A DNA stretch of 64,000 nucleotides from Syncephalis fuscata S228 (taxonomy: Eukaryota; Fungi; Zoopagomycota). A program made the translations under genes and the position numbers. Of the stretch, positions 40,311 to 52,574 are shown one piece after another; the first letter of the stretch is position 1; each line of letters opens with the position of its first letter. Location: NCBI GenBank assembly GCA_025786725.1, contig JAHLTZ010000010.1, positions 620,001-684,000 on the forward strand, read 5' to 3'. The notes beneath the pieces were generated by a model, which worked only from the letters and a program-made list of their open reading frames with translations, was not told the DNA's origin and did not search any database.

Positions 40311-40649
40311 TAGATTTAGTATATTAGTATTTTTAATATTCAATTTTTCATCTTATGTCAAATTTACCTTGCTCTGGAGTTCCTAATTTAATTCAATTAA
40401 CAAAAATATTTATCGTTTTTATTATGTGCATGGAAAGGTACAGTAAGTGCTAGAACGATGATTCTTAAACATAACTTACCGACTGGTATCATCATTAATT
40501 ATTCATAATATTAGTAAGTACACTAATCTAAATATTTATTATAATTGCAACATACCACGGCGGACTAGAGCTGGCATAGCATCAACCATGGCCACATTGG
40601 CTACAAAAGCCACAACGAGGGTACAGGCGACAGCAATAGAAAGCTTCAT
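33576..40649 (-). CDS. Secreted helical protein encoded by an extreme micro-exon gene: 94-nt signal exon, 3-nt exon, 15-nt exon, then 85 units of mostly 3-nt exons
   Basis: Exon1 40649-40556 (MKLSIAVACTLVVAFVANVAMVDAMPALVRR+G), exon2 40482-40480 (TCG), exon3 40382-40368, then YAG|NNN|GTAAGT every ~80 nt from 40301 to 33576. Spliced product: ...RR VGTPEQEQKLQSFATQLQQEIDSFRPSCSEDIQKLYDQADKLHDELLVKLNKFLNEYIKQYGQLHQQDGK(E)FQQLQNNINKLR..., with no stop codon. The 3' end is ambiguous. Confidence 0.85.
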
Positions 40650-40825
40650 GTTGATATTGACTTGTTGAAACAAACGAGTAGAGCAAACAATAAGGCTTGG
40701 TTAGTATAAAGTGGATAGTAGTGAGTACTTGGTAGCGAGTGTAGTGATGATGATATTGCAAGTTATTCGCGTGTATTGAGTGAGCTATTTAAACGTACGG
40801 TTTTGCTGAAATACCAATATCGCAA

Positions 40826-41000
40826 CATGTATGTGATGGTCTAGACCATATGTAACCTGTATTTTATGATCTAGACTATATGTACCATGTCTGCTATGGC
40901 CTGTCCATATGCACCATGCTTGCTATGGTTCAGAACATATGTGTCATGGCTGCTATAATCTAGGCCGTCTGTAGCACGTCTGTTACGGTCTGGCCATAAT
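40826..41000. repeat. ~30-bp degenerate tandem repeat (about 6 copies) upstream of the micro-exon gene
   Basis: Units like catgtctgctatggtctagaccatatgtac repeated; lies just beyond a TTTAAATA TATA-like box (~40786-40793, minus strand). Confidence 0.65.
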
Positions 41001-41828
41001 TTATGGGCTATGCAAAAGGCAAGGCTCGCCTATTGCATGTACAAGGTCACCATGTAAACTTAATGACTTTAGAAATGAACCTTTGTTGTTGTAACAAGCA
41101 AAGTGGTAGCAACTTTTTTGTTAAGATAAACCAAATGTTAGAAGAACAACAATATTAGTCACACCACCTTCATTGCACTTATATAAAGAATAGTGGTATG
41201 TAACTGACGATCCCTGAACTATTTTTTAATATAAAAATTACACATTTAACATTGTTAGCATAATATATTTACTAACTGATATCACCACAATAAAATGGTC
41301 AACAATACACAAATATAATAAAAGTTTATTTATTTTATTCACTGTATTGTGTTTACAGTTGTTACAGACTTTCATATACCAATTTTTATTCCTGTGTTAC
41401 ACGGCTTGTCTATGAAACGCAAATTAAATGTATTGGTTCATGGAAACAGTAACAATGCATAATTAGGCCTTGATGTCGCTTTCATTCATAAACTCAATCC
41501 TCAATATTTGCATTTATTTCAAACTGCGCTAAAGACCTATGCAAAAAGCAACATCAATGCATTAAACTCGTATTTATTTATAGATATCTACTGTTATGCA
41601 TAGACTAGTTGCATTTTTAAATTATGAAAATATACAGACTAGTATACAAGTTTATTTAGTCTGGCAATAAAGCAAATGTCTTATTTAATATCCATTTTAA
41701 AATAAAGAATTTCATTTAACATGATATTTAATATCAGTTAATTACTATGCCAGTATATATCATTACAATATAACGTAATGAGATTATTGAAAAATAAATC
41801 TATTTATTTTATGAACAACTAAATGATA

Positions 41829-42763
41829 TTAGTCATATTGCATTTCAGTGCGGCCAGACCTGCCACCATTTTTGTTGCTATTGCCATTCATTCTTGTTTG
41901 GCCCTGTTGTCTGCCGTTGCTGCGACCGCCGCCTCTCTGACGACCACCGTTGTCACCGCTGGATGAATCGCCATTTGATTGGCTATCATCATCATAGCCA
42001 CCGCCACTATCGCTACTGCCACGAGAGCCACGACCCATAGTGTTTCCAGATTTGCCGGTTGATTTTCTTCTACCATTATATTTGCCACCAGTACCAGTTG
42101 ATTGTTCTGAACCACCTCCCGAGGACATTTCGCCGCTACCTGAGCCACCATCTTCATTGCCATTATATTTATTGCCTCGCTTGCCAGCGCCACCTTTTCT
42201 ACCGGAACCTCTTTCATTGGATGTGTGGGTATCTTCACCTGAAGAGCCATCATACGAGGTATCATCGCCTGAAGAGCCGCTGTAAGAGCCACCTGAACAA
42301 TTTGGCGTAGAGCCACCCTTAAGTCCTTTGCCAAAGTTCTGAGTCCAATAGGGAGAATTGCCAGCTGTGACCATGGCAGCACCAAAATGCGTATAATCGC
42401 CCATAAGATTCTTGTAATGGCCTGGCGATTTAAGCCAACTAGTCATAACAGCTTCTTCGGAGCGCTGGCCCATGGCAATGTTTTCGGCTGACCCGCTTAC
42501 TCGCTCGCCGTAACAGGCAGATCGAATACGAGATCCCATTTCCGGCTCTCCCGAAAGACTATGCGACATTTGGCGACGCCGGGCCATCTCCTGGCTATGT
42601 CCTTCGGAGGATTTGACTAGACATGGCGATAGTGCTAATGGCTTTCGTCCATTCTTAGCACGTGCTGATTAACCAAACACAGCATTTTGTTAATGTCCAT
42701 CGCTGCTTTAACGTCAGCAACAAGAATAGCGACAGCTAAAGCGCCAATAATAAAAGCCTTCAT
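41829..42763 (-). CDS. Secreted CAP/SCP protein with long Gly/Ser/Arg-rich C-terminal tail; 1-nt indel near 42667
   Basis: MKAFIIGALAVAILVADVKA signal; MLCLVN..RAKNG; HSQEMA; SAENIAMG; WLKSPGHYKNLMGDYTHFG; YWTQNFG. Confidence 0.85.
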
Positions 42764-43876
42764 GACTAGTAATTTTTAAATCGTGCAAATTTTAGATGTC
42801 CAGCACTGGTATTGAAAACAATGTTAAAATAAAATAGTATTTGAATCGTTCCGAACGCCCGCGTAAAAGGTTTGATGTTAACCAGTAGGTGTAGATACTG
42901 TTTGGGCAAAATGGCTAAGACTTGTGGAGCTTTTATTTGTGTTTTAATTGGGTGTACAGCTATTGTTTCAAGGTACAGCAGATGATTAGTAAAAACGTGA
43001 AAACATTCAACTGTCTTTTGATGTCGTGTTCAAGTGTTGGCGTTGACGTTTTAGAGTATTGGCAGATGTGTAATACAGTTTCATTCTAAGTGACTGGCTT
43101 TTTTATTTGAAGGAGTATTCTACGCGCAGTTTTTGAGTGCTAATTTATGCGGGAACCCGCTTATACAGGTTGGTACTCGAGCCGGTCAAATGACGCTGTA
43201 ATCAGTGCCATGCCTCACCTATACCAACTGCGTGTTAAGTTGATGACATTAGTCAACCTTTTTGCGAAGACATTTTACTGAAAAATAGGCTTGCATTGCT
43301 CAAGGCTGGCAGATATCAAGTAGCTGATACTCAGTAAAATATGTTTCAGGAGTGCCTTGTATAGTGATGACACGTTGACCTGTCAGTGTGATACTTTAAT
43401 TCAATAGAAATACAAATCAAAATACAATTGTAAATTTATTATAGTTATTTTACTGAATAACGATTAATTCTCAAATTACTTGAACTAGTTATTACCAATT
43501 AGACTAATTGTGCATTTTAATGTGGACAATTAAAAAAGTTTAATAGTAATAATGTTTTCAAAAGCGTAAACAGATGATCAATCTACCCCGCATTACCTGA
43601 ATATTTTCAAGGTCAAAAAATATCAAATTGGCTGTAATTATTTTGAAACGTAATCCGGATTGTTAGATAAAATAGCACGGGTGCTTTGGCTGTTTTTTAA
43701 ACGTGTTCACTTTATTACAATGTGCGAGGATGTATAAATGCGATTTACACTGGCTTGATTATCGTGATGGTATTAACGTATGACACAAAGTTTGTCCCTA
43801 ATTATAAACAAAGCAAACTATACACTCTTGTTTATGTGCGGAATTATGATTAGATACCATGGTATGTATATGATCA

Positions 43877-45420
43877 TTATTCCGATATTAGAGGTAGTGG
43901 TGCCGAGTACCCGACAGATGGAAGTGTATAATCAAGCATTTCCACGGTTGATTCAAAGTTTTTACATATCCAGAGAAAAGTGGGTGCCGCATTAAAATAC
44001 ACGGCTGCAACGTCTTTAATTGCATCGGGTGTTTTTATCAATTTACCAGTGCAAATATCAACAAGTGTTCTACCGTCCAAGTGCCGATCATAATACCAGC
44101 AACTACCAAGAATGGGTCGAATGTCCTCGACTCCTGATGGATAGCGAACACTTTGTATTGTTTCGCCCGTCAGCAAGTCTAGTATGTCGCAATGAGATGT
44201 ATAGCTAATAATGGCTGATTGGCATGTGAGCCGAAACGCCGCACGTGCTCTTATAAAATACATTGCCTTTTGTTTTTGCGGTGTTTGTGTCGAATGAATT
44301 AGTATCATAGGTGTAATACCAAAGACTTCTTTACAATGGTACTGTGCATAGCCAGGACCAAGTTGGCCTGCCCAGTTGACTTCTACGTCAGTAATTGTTT
44401 TGAAACTACTATTATGCACAATTGCACGACTATTCATTCCAGATACCGTGTACTGAAGAAGGGCCCATCGAAACTTTTGGCCTATTCTATGCCGGCCTCG
44501 TGTATACACCGTAGCGCTGTTATCGTCTGCCGTCTCGATAAAGACGGGAGTAGGCCCGCCATGTTTTAATTCAATCTGCCGTGCTGTTTCCATATTACCT
44601 AGAACATAGCGTGTTTTCTTGCCATTTGGTTCTGCAAATAATATCCATCGTCCATGTGTGGATAGTACAGATGGCGTATTTATTGCTTGTTTGGTATAAA
44701 GAATGGCCCAGTTATTGTTTAGATAGGTTGGCTTCGCTACTATGGCTCCGGCAACACATATGATCGTGTAATGTCCCGTGTCCAAAACAGTATCAGTTTC
44801 TTTTGCTGAAAAGACTGATTCTGGAAATGCATTTTTACTAATAAAAGAATTTGCCAATGGAATAATACTGCCATCAAGTATGGTCTTTCCCTCGGCTGTT
44901 TCGTGTGGACGAATAAAAGCAAATCCAACTGATGACAGTTCCTCGCCAGATACTTGACGAAAAACGCCAGACGCACTTAGCTCTTTGTGCCGCCCAAGTC
45001 CATTGCACATAGTACGCGGCAAAGTATAATGCTTTGTTTCAAAATGTCCATTACGGAAGTTTGATTCGACTTCCATACGGCGTTCATATGCTATTCGCCA
45101 GCACAAGCCGTAGAAAGCTTCTCGAACTCCGTGACGATTCCTCGCTACGTCGACCGTCGACCGATTAGGACGGCCATGTTTTTCCATACAATGTTGCGAA
45201 GCCAAAAAAGAAAACTGTGCTCATTATCTACGTATAACCAATGGAATCGTCGTTCATAGCGCATGCGCCAGTACACGTCCGATCTTTGAAGTGCCAATCT
45301 TGTACTATGGCTGGTGCATTCAAGTTCTAGTAAACCTTTTTGTCCCAAACATTCAATGATGTAATCTTCATCTGACAATGGTAAAATAGCCAGAGTAGTT
45401 TCAATAGACGTATATACCAT
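43877..45420 (-). CDS. Intronless lineage-specific protein with degenerate F-box-like N-terminus (frameshift ~45150-45200)
   Basis: ORF 45145-45420 (LPLSDEDYIIECLGQKGLLELECTS...YWRMRYERRF) continues into the 442-aa ORF 43877-45205, which is beta-rich by eye. Confidence 0.5.
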
Positions 45421-46305
45421 ATTAACAAAAATTAGTAATAGTAATAGCTTGTGTAATCAGACAAAAACGATAAAAAACTGCTGTACAATGTTTAAGTCAG
45501 TTGAAACAAGGTCAGTCACATTGAATAATTCAACGAATCACGCTCAAACACGCAAATTGTGTATATGCTAATTGCCATAAATAGTAATTTATTAATTATG
45601 ACTGATGATAATACTAATCAAATTCATTGACGTTATTAATAACGTCAGTGCTACTTTCGCCTTGTATATACGTCCCATACAATATACTGTGATTACCCCG
45701 CTTGTTGGTCAAATAGTTTCCTATTTCGTGCAAGTTTCATTGCGTTTGCCAGTAGTGTTACAAGTCAGTTCGCAGTCATTGTATTTCGCGTACCATCTTA
45801 AGCTTGAGCAAAACTAGTTTAATATGGTTTTTATCAACTTGTTCGAAGCTATAGCACTCTTATCTGCGACAATTCATCGATCAGAGTGCTCTACTATTAA
45901 ATATAATTTTTAATTATTTTTAATTGGTTGTTTTTATTGCGTGTAGCATTTAGAACATTTTAGATTAATTTTGATTTAAATTAATATGTTATATTAAACA
46001 GTATTGTAGCAATATTTATTAGCAGTGCATTACAAGCCATTGATCATTCTAATTATCAGTATTAAATTCCAATTAAACTTGAAACGTCAGAAACAAATAA
46101 ATTACAAAAAAACATGTTAGGATACCAGCATTTTGTAACCACGAGCTGTCTAAACGGGCTTCTTTGTTGTACAGTCTTTCGGTTCATGAAATCTAATATA
46201 AAATAAGCTACATGTACGTGCTTGTTTTTATTATTCACGCAACTAAAACACCATCTGCCGGCTCATTGCCTATTTCTTGCTAGCCACGCTACTAATTAAC
46301 GAATT

Positions 46306-46785
46306 ATGAAATTTCCTGCCATTCTTGCCATCTCATCGTTGCTGCTGGCCATCAACATTGAGCAAACTCATGCTGCCATCGATCTTAATAAGCTTGTCTG
46401 CCTAGTCAATCAATTCCGAGCGAAAAATAACATGCCTGCGCTTTCCATGGACGATAGCCTAAATCGTGCCGCGCAAAAACACAGCGATTTACAAGCTAAA
46501 AGCAACAAGATGGAGCATCGCCTTCCCGGAGAAGGTGGCCTACTTGAACGATTCCGTCAACAAGGCGGTAGCTGGTCGTCTGGTGCCGAAAACATTGCTT
46601 TTGGTTATCAAACCGAAGACGCAGTTATGAATGGTTGGATCAAATCGCCTGGACATCGAGCCAATCTACTCGGTAGACATACACACATCGGCCATGGCAT
46701 GACGACGGGCAATAAAAACACCAAATACTGGACCCAAGACTTTGCCACGGATACCCGTCGTAAACCAAATCCCCCCAAATGCTAA
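46306..46785 (+). CDS. Secreted CAP/SCP protein (YkwD-like), intronless
   Basis: Signal peptide; LVNQFRAKNN, AAQKHS, MEH, GAENIAFG, WIKSPGHRANLLG, YWTQDF. Confidence 0.92.
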   Translation: MKFPAILAISSLLLAINIEQTHAAIDLNKLVCLVNQFRAKNNMPALSMDDSLNRAAQKHSDLQAKSNKMEHRLPGEGGLLERFRQQGGSWSSGAENIAFGYQTEDAVMNGWIKSPGHRANLLGRHTHIGHGMTTGNKNTKYWTQDFATDTRRKPNPPKC

Positions 46786-46918
46786 GCCGTATTAATGATT
46801 ACTTCGGTCATACATTATTCTAATAACTATTCAATTACAATGCTACACTTTATTTAGCCTTCTAGTGCTTATTAAACAATAAAGCGTTCATCATCCATAT
46901 CTTTATTTTCATAATTCA

Positions 46919-48054
46919 TTAGACAATTGTTTCCAATTCTCGTGCATAGCGCAAGATCTGGTCGACCATGTCTTCTGTGGGTACAGCCTCCGCAGCATTG
47001 TCTGTGGTAGCAAATTCAATTCGCTGCTCAGATGGATTGACCTTCCAGTTTCTCTAATCAATATTTAAACAAAGTTATAGTGCACATTAGTAATGTTGCA
47101 AATATACATAGCAGTATTAAAATAACATATTATTCTTACCTCGGTGGCAAATGTCGCCAAATCTGGCAGACTTTTAATCGATAGTAGCTGTGCCGCGTCA
47201 TTCATTGACAGACTGTTGTATGCTTTTTCCAAACCAGAAGCAATCTCATCGCTATACTAAATATTAATTAATCAGCCAGTTATCATTAATAAGCAACTGA
47301 CCGAATAGTATTTTCTAGAATCTCCATAAAATAAACATATTCTGGTGCTGGTGCATCTGTACGTAAGGCAAGTACACGATTATAACTGCCCTCCATTAGA
47401 TTCTGTTCCAAAGCAACTGGGTGGCGAATAAAAGTATTATCGCGCATAGCTTGTGGATCAATAGTTTCTAGCATCAAATGAAACTCATCAATTCGTTGTT
47501 GTGACAAAAGACAAAGTAGATTCAAGCCAATTAATGGATATTTGTTGTTAGATTCTGGTAACTGCTTTCTATAAAGTGTAATTATTATTATCTAAATATA
47601 TAAAACATACATAATTTGCCACTTACTCAAATCTGTGTAATAAACCTTAAGTTGCGCAAAATAGCGTTCAAATGAAGGAATATCACGAGCACGAATGCTC
47701 CATTGCGCTCCAATTTCCAATACCTCACCTAAACCGACAGGAATAATGATTAATACTATTAATAAAAGCACAGAATCATCTAGATTGGCTGTAACTTACG
47801 CGCTAATGTAAGATCCTCTACATTGGTCTGGCCGTTATCAGGTACCAGCAGAGACATTTCTGCCAAAGCAATCTATTTTACCAGTATTATTAGTAACAAA
47901 TGGCGCTAATTTATTAAAACTCCAACCAATCTCTTTCCGCTACCTTAAGCTGTGTAAGAAGCGACTGACATTTCTTTAGATCGCAACTTGACGAGCCAAG
48001 TTCAGCCTTTAACTGATCCAGTTGCTCAATAACCTTTGAATGCTGAGCTGTCAT
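46919..48054 (-). CDS. RPN12: 26S proteasome lid subunit Rpn12/PSMD8
   Basis: [11 protein letters not shown]...[59 protein letters not shown]. Confidence 0.95.
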
Positions 48055-48307
48055 GGCTGTTTGTAATAATAGTAGGAATAACAGGAAAATAGAACGATGA
48101 TGATAACGATGACACTGATAGCGATGAAGAGACACGAGTATTGATGGATGATGCCAATAACTATAATAACAATGACACCTATGCAAATGACGCATCCATC
48201 CTTACATCACGTGATATAATTAGCAATAGGTTGTCACACACACACACATATTCAAAATTAAATTGTAATATTTCTCTTTCTAGTACGTGTGCGCGACACT
48301 GTCCATC

Positions 48308-49844
48308 ATGTCGTCGTCTTCTTCTTCTACACCTCGAGTGACAATCCTTCGTATTAAAAGGAAAAGAAATGAAGATCCGGTAGATGCATTGTGTACAGTA
48401 TATTACATTGTTTATTTCAACTGCTAATATACACGAATCTTTGGTTGCAGACGTAAATACGCAGAATAATGACCACGGCAAAAAACGACTTGTTGATAAA
48501 GGGCGTAAGTAGTGCTGTCATATAAAGAAGCAAAGCAGACACATTGTATTCAGTTGAGTAATGTGTGTGTACATTCAGTGACCAGCCCAAGGATGTTTCG
48601 GCTGGCTAAAAGTGTGCCAGTACCAGAAGAGGCACAAGTAAAACGAGTGACAGTAAGTGACGATATGTGTAGTTTAGTGTAGTGTAGTGATTAATATAAA
48701 TGATTAATTAATGTTAATAGAGAGAGATTACATCACAATTATTAAGTGAGCATTTACGACAAAAACAGTTAAAGCAACAACAAGAGCGTAATATGCCACC
48801 CGTTGTGGCATGTGTATCAACACCACCTATAAAACAACCATCTCCTAGCAAAATTAAGGTACTAAATGACTCGGCAGAGGAATTAAGAATGGATGGTGGA
48901 TTGGTACGTATGCTGTATGGCATATCAGCAATAGATGCTTAATGCTAATGGTCTATTTGTGTATAGCAGCAGCCGCGATTCAAGGTTATGCCTAAAAACA
49001 TTGCTCGTACAATTTCAAGTAGTCTTCCAGGTAGCCGTGAAGGATCACCAGGATTTCAATTGTATGATGCTATACGAGAACAAGCAGATGCAAATGCCAC
49101 GTAAGCTATATCTACATGTAAGAGCCGCGTCTTATTATAATCTAGACCACCTGGCCCACCACAAGAGCCAGAATCTGTTCGACGTGAACAGTTACGACGT
49201 GCATTAGTGTCGACAGAAGAAGAGGTTCCTGATGAAATGAATAACTTTATTTCTTTATTACGTGACCATCTTACAAGTAGGTTTATTCGAATAGAATGGC
49301 ATTGGTTACGAGTGTGGACATCAATGTTAATGAATACGCATAGTTAGCGATACATCTACGACTGAAGAAAACGAATTTGTCTACGACTTTTACTATGATG
49401 ATGCGCAACCTATTCAACGTGTACCAACACATACCGCCACACTGTAAGTAATGTGTTTGTAAGTAAGTATACGTCAATGATCTAACTGCGGTGTGTTGTA
49501 TAATCAATCTATGTAGTATTTGGCTAGATGATGTTGATAAAGAGGCATTTGGAGAAAATGGCTTTGATTCGGATAATCTGGGTGATTCATCGGAAAGTGA
49601 CGATTCTAATGGTAAATAGCTTTTAATCATCACTACGCAGTCTATTTGACTCTAACACAACTCTATGATCTAATGTAGCGGAAGACTATTATGCCAATGA
49701 CTATCCAGATGAGGATGAAGGTGAAAGTGATTACATAAATGAGTCTGGTAATTAGAGAACGAGTTAAAGTAATCATAAAATAACTATTGAATAATAGATG
49801 GAGCAGATGACAGTGATGATTACAACGAAGATGGTTATTATTAA
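48308..49844 (+). CDS. IWR1: RNA polymerase II nuclear import factor Iwr1/SLC7A6OS
   Basis: TILRIKRKRNEDPVDAL at the N-terminus; FVYDFYY; DDSN|AEDYYANDYPDEDE at the C-terminus. Confidence 0.8.
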
Positions 49845-49889
49845 GTAAAAGATTATAGCTTATATTTGCAAATAGTGTGTTTTGTAAAT

Positions 49890-52118
49890 ATGTAGTTTTA
49901 GTCTTTGGCCACCTTGGTAATACGCCATGCAACTGGCGGAATAGCTAATAAAAACACAAATAGTAAATAGGCATACATACATCCATACATATACATATAT
50001 ATTAGTGTCATTTATCATAATTTATTGTTAAAATCGATAATCTATCAAACTTACCTTCAATGCGACGAGTAGTGCGTCGAATGTAGAATACGAAGATTGC
50101 AATGGATAGAAATAGTGAAATGGCAGACACTGTATAGAAACCATCCTGGTATATTTCGCAATGACCTTTTAAATCTCTGCATTCATGCTTTGCTGCCTCA
50201 CTTGTGCACTGGAAAGCTATTACAAATAGCGTTAATTAAATAATAAATATTTCATATAAATTACTTGCTATTGAATGGCTGATCCGGTATATGACAACGA
50301 GCATCGGTGAACCAGTCGACAGCTTCTAATACGAAATACCGAGGCCAGGTGCCACCCAAATTGCTAAGTGTATTCAAGAGCTAATTATAACGATGAAACA
50401 GTTAAAACATGATTATTATAATTCACCGCTTACTTACGGTCATATAGGTGCCGCCCACAGATGGATCAGCAATACTATTCATGAAAACACCCATGCCTAC
50501 AAATTGCACCGTGCTAAAGAAAGTATTGAATTAGCATAAAGTTTGTAGCATCGTATAAAATACTGCAACTTACTTGGCCAATGAAGACCAAAGAATCACA
50601 ACGGTAATGATGGCCAAGTAGCCAGGTGTTACACCACCGGTAGGCATATAATGCACTAGCAATACCCAAATGACAATTGTGATAGCTCGACCAACATATG
50701 CATTTAGCCACTGTAATATGAGTGATTAGTAGAGCATATAATTGCTATATAAATATATTACCGGTAGTAATGGTCGATTACCACGACTCCAACGAGCTAC
50801 AAATCAAACAATTAATAACTACATTGGTTATGATTGCATATTAAACACTGCTTACCCGCCAAATAACCAAATAGAATTTGGCTAGGGAAATCCCAGAGTA
50901 CCGTCAGGGCTAAATCCTCTCGTTTTAATCCTTTTTCTAGTAATTTCAAACTGCCAACTGCATCCGATACTACAAATCCCATTTTGGCAATTAAAAGTAA
51001 AGCAATGTACTGGCCCATTTCTATTGATACACATATACGAGTTAATATTAAAAGATAAGTGGCGAACAAACTTACGTGGTAGCTTGCATATACGCCATAG
51101 TACTTGATACGACTCGACAATGTTCATTTTTTCAGATTCATCCATGGGTGCCTATCCATAATAGACTGAATATGGATGTGTAGTCTATTTATGCTATTAT
51201 CTTACCTCGTGCTTGAAAAAGAGCAACCACGTAGTGACAAGGAAGTAGACGGCGGCCCAGAAATGTAAGTAGTTGGTTAGTGTAAGAATGCCGACTTCGC
51301 TAGAACACTGCGGAAGTATGAGTTGCTAGTAAAGAAATAAACATTAATTGCGCGTCAGTTATCAGTTAATTAAATTATAATGATTGTTTACCAGAATTCC
51401 GGTGAGCTAAAGGCTAAAAACACTGTAAATGAAAGAAAATGCCCAGTGTTGAGTCCAATTGTTTGAGCAGTAGAGGCATATGATAGGTGTTCTTCAGGCA
51501 GTAGTGTTAGTGCCCATCCATCCACGGCAATATCTTGTGTAGCACTCAGTATAGTTGTAAACAGCAATATCAACGTAAGTGTATAGGTGCAGTCCCAGCC
51601 ATCACCCTGTGTATCTGTAAGCCACTGTAGATAATTGACAGTAAATAAACTTACAGTGGTCACCATATACTTTTCGATATTACTACCGAGCCAAAGGAAT
51701 ACTACGCCCAGAATCAACTGGATAGGAATAATCCATGTTTTACGCCGTCCAATCTGTGGAACGAATATTGCGTCGACGATAGGCGACCAGAAGAGTTTGA
51801 GACTATATGGATAAGTGGCTAGTGAAAGAACGGCCAGCTGCGAGTAGGACATATAGTCCTTCATAAGAAAAGGAATAGAACCAAATACTAATCCATTGGG
51901 GACACCCTGTAATAAATCTTTACAATAGCAGTATTAGCACGTTTACAAGCCACTGTACAGTTTGCTATACTTACAGAGCACTACTAATAGCACAATATTC
52001 TTTATAAATATAGTAGTAGTAGTAGTAACGAAACGTTAGTTTGACGGATACAATACACATTACTATACAACGTGGACGGTTGCTGTTATGTACGTACTAA
52101 TTGATGCTTCAGCTCCAT
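49890..52118 (-). CDS. Acetyl-CoA transporter AT-1/SLC33A1 (MFS); start and end approximate
   Basis: YLLQGVPNGL.FGSIPFL, YPYSLKLFWSPIVDA, GRRKTWIIP, ATQDIAVDGWALTLL, YASTAQTIGLNTG, ADPSVGGTYMT|LLNTLSNLGGTWP. Confidence 0.88.
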
Positions 52119-52574
52119 TTTAACAATCTAAACGGTTTCTGTAAAAGAAACTTGAATTACGCCTGTTTGCCGATGAATAGACTATACTGATGGTCGTAGA
52201 AGAGCAAAAAGCGAATATTTATGAAGCGGCAAATACTCCTACGGTGCTTAAAACTGATTTAACACGGACCAATCAGCATTGGATACGATGAACGCGTGGT
52301 AAATTGATGGCGACAGATGAAACGTCATATAACAATGACCATTAATGTACGCTAGACATTGGATGCTATTTGAATAAACAATGCGGTTGTTAATAAACGT
52401 TATTGTATACCTTGTTATAGTAAGTAGTAGTATTTGCTGCAGATGTAATAAATTCGGTATCAATTTATTTAATAATAAATAGTTTGGTATACATAGCGTT
52501 TATTATAAACAATGGAAATACAGTCATATTTAAATAATATCAACTATTAATAACACATTTAGCAATTAACTAAT

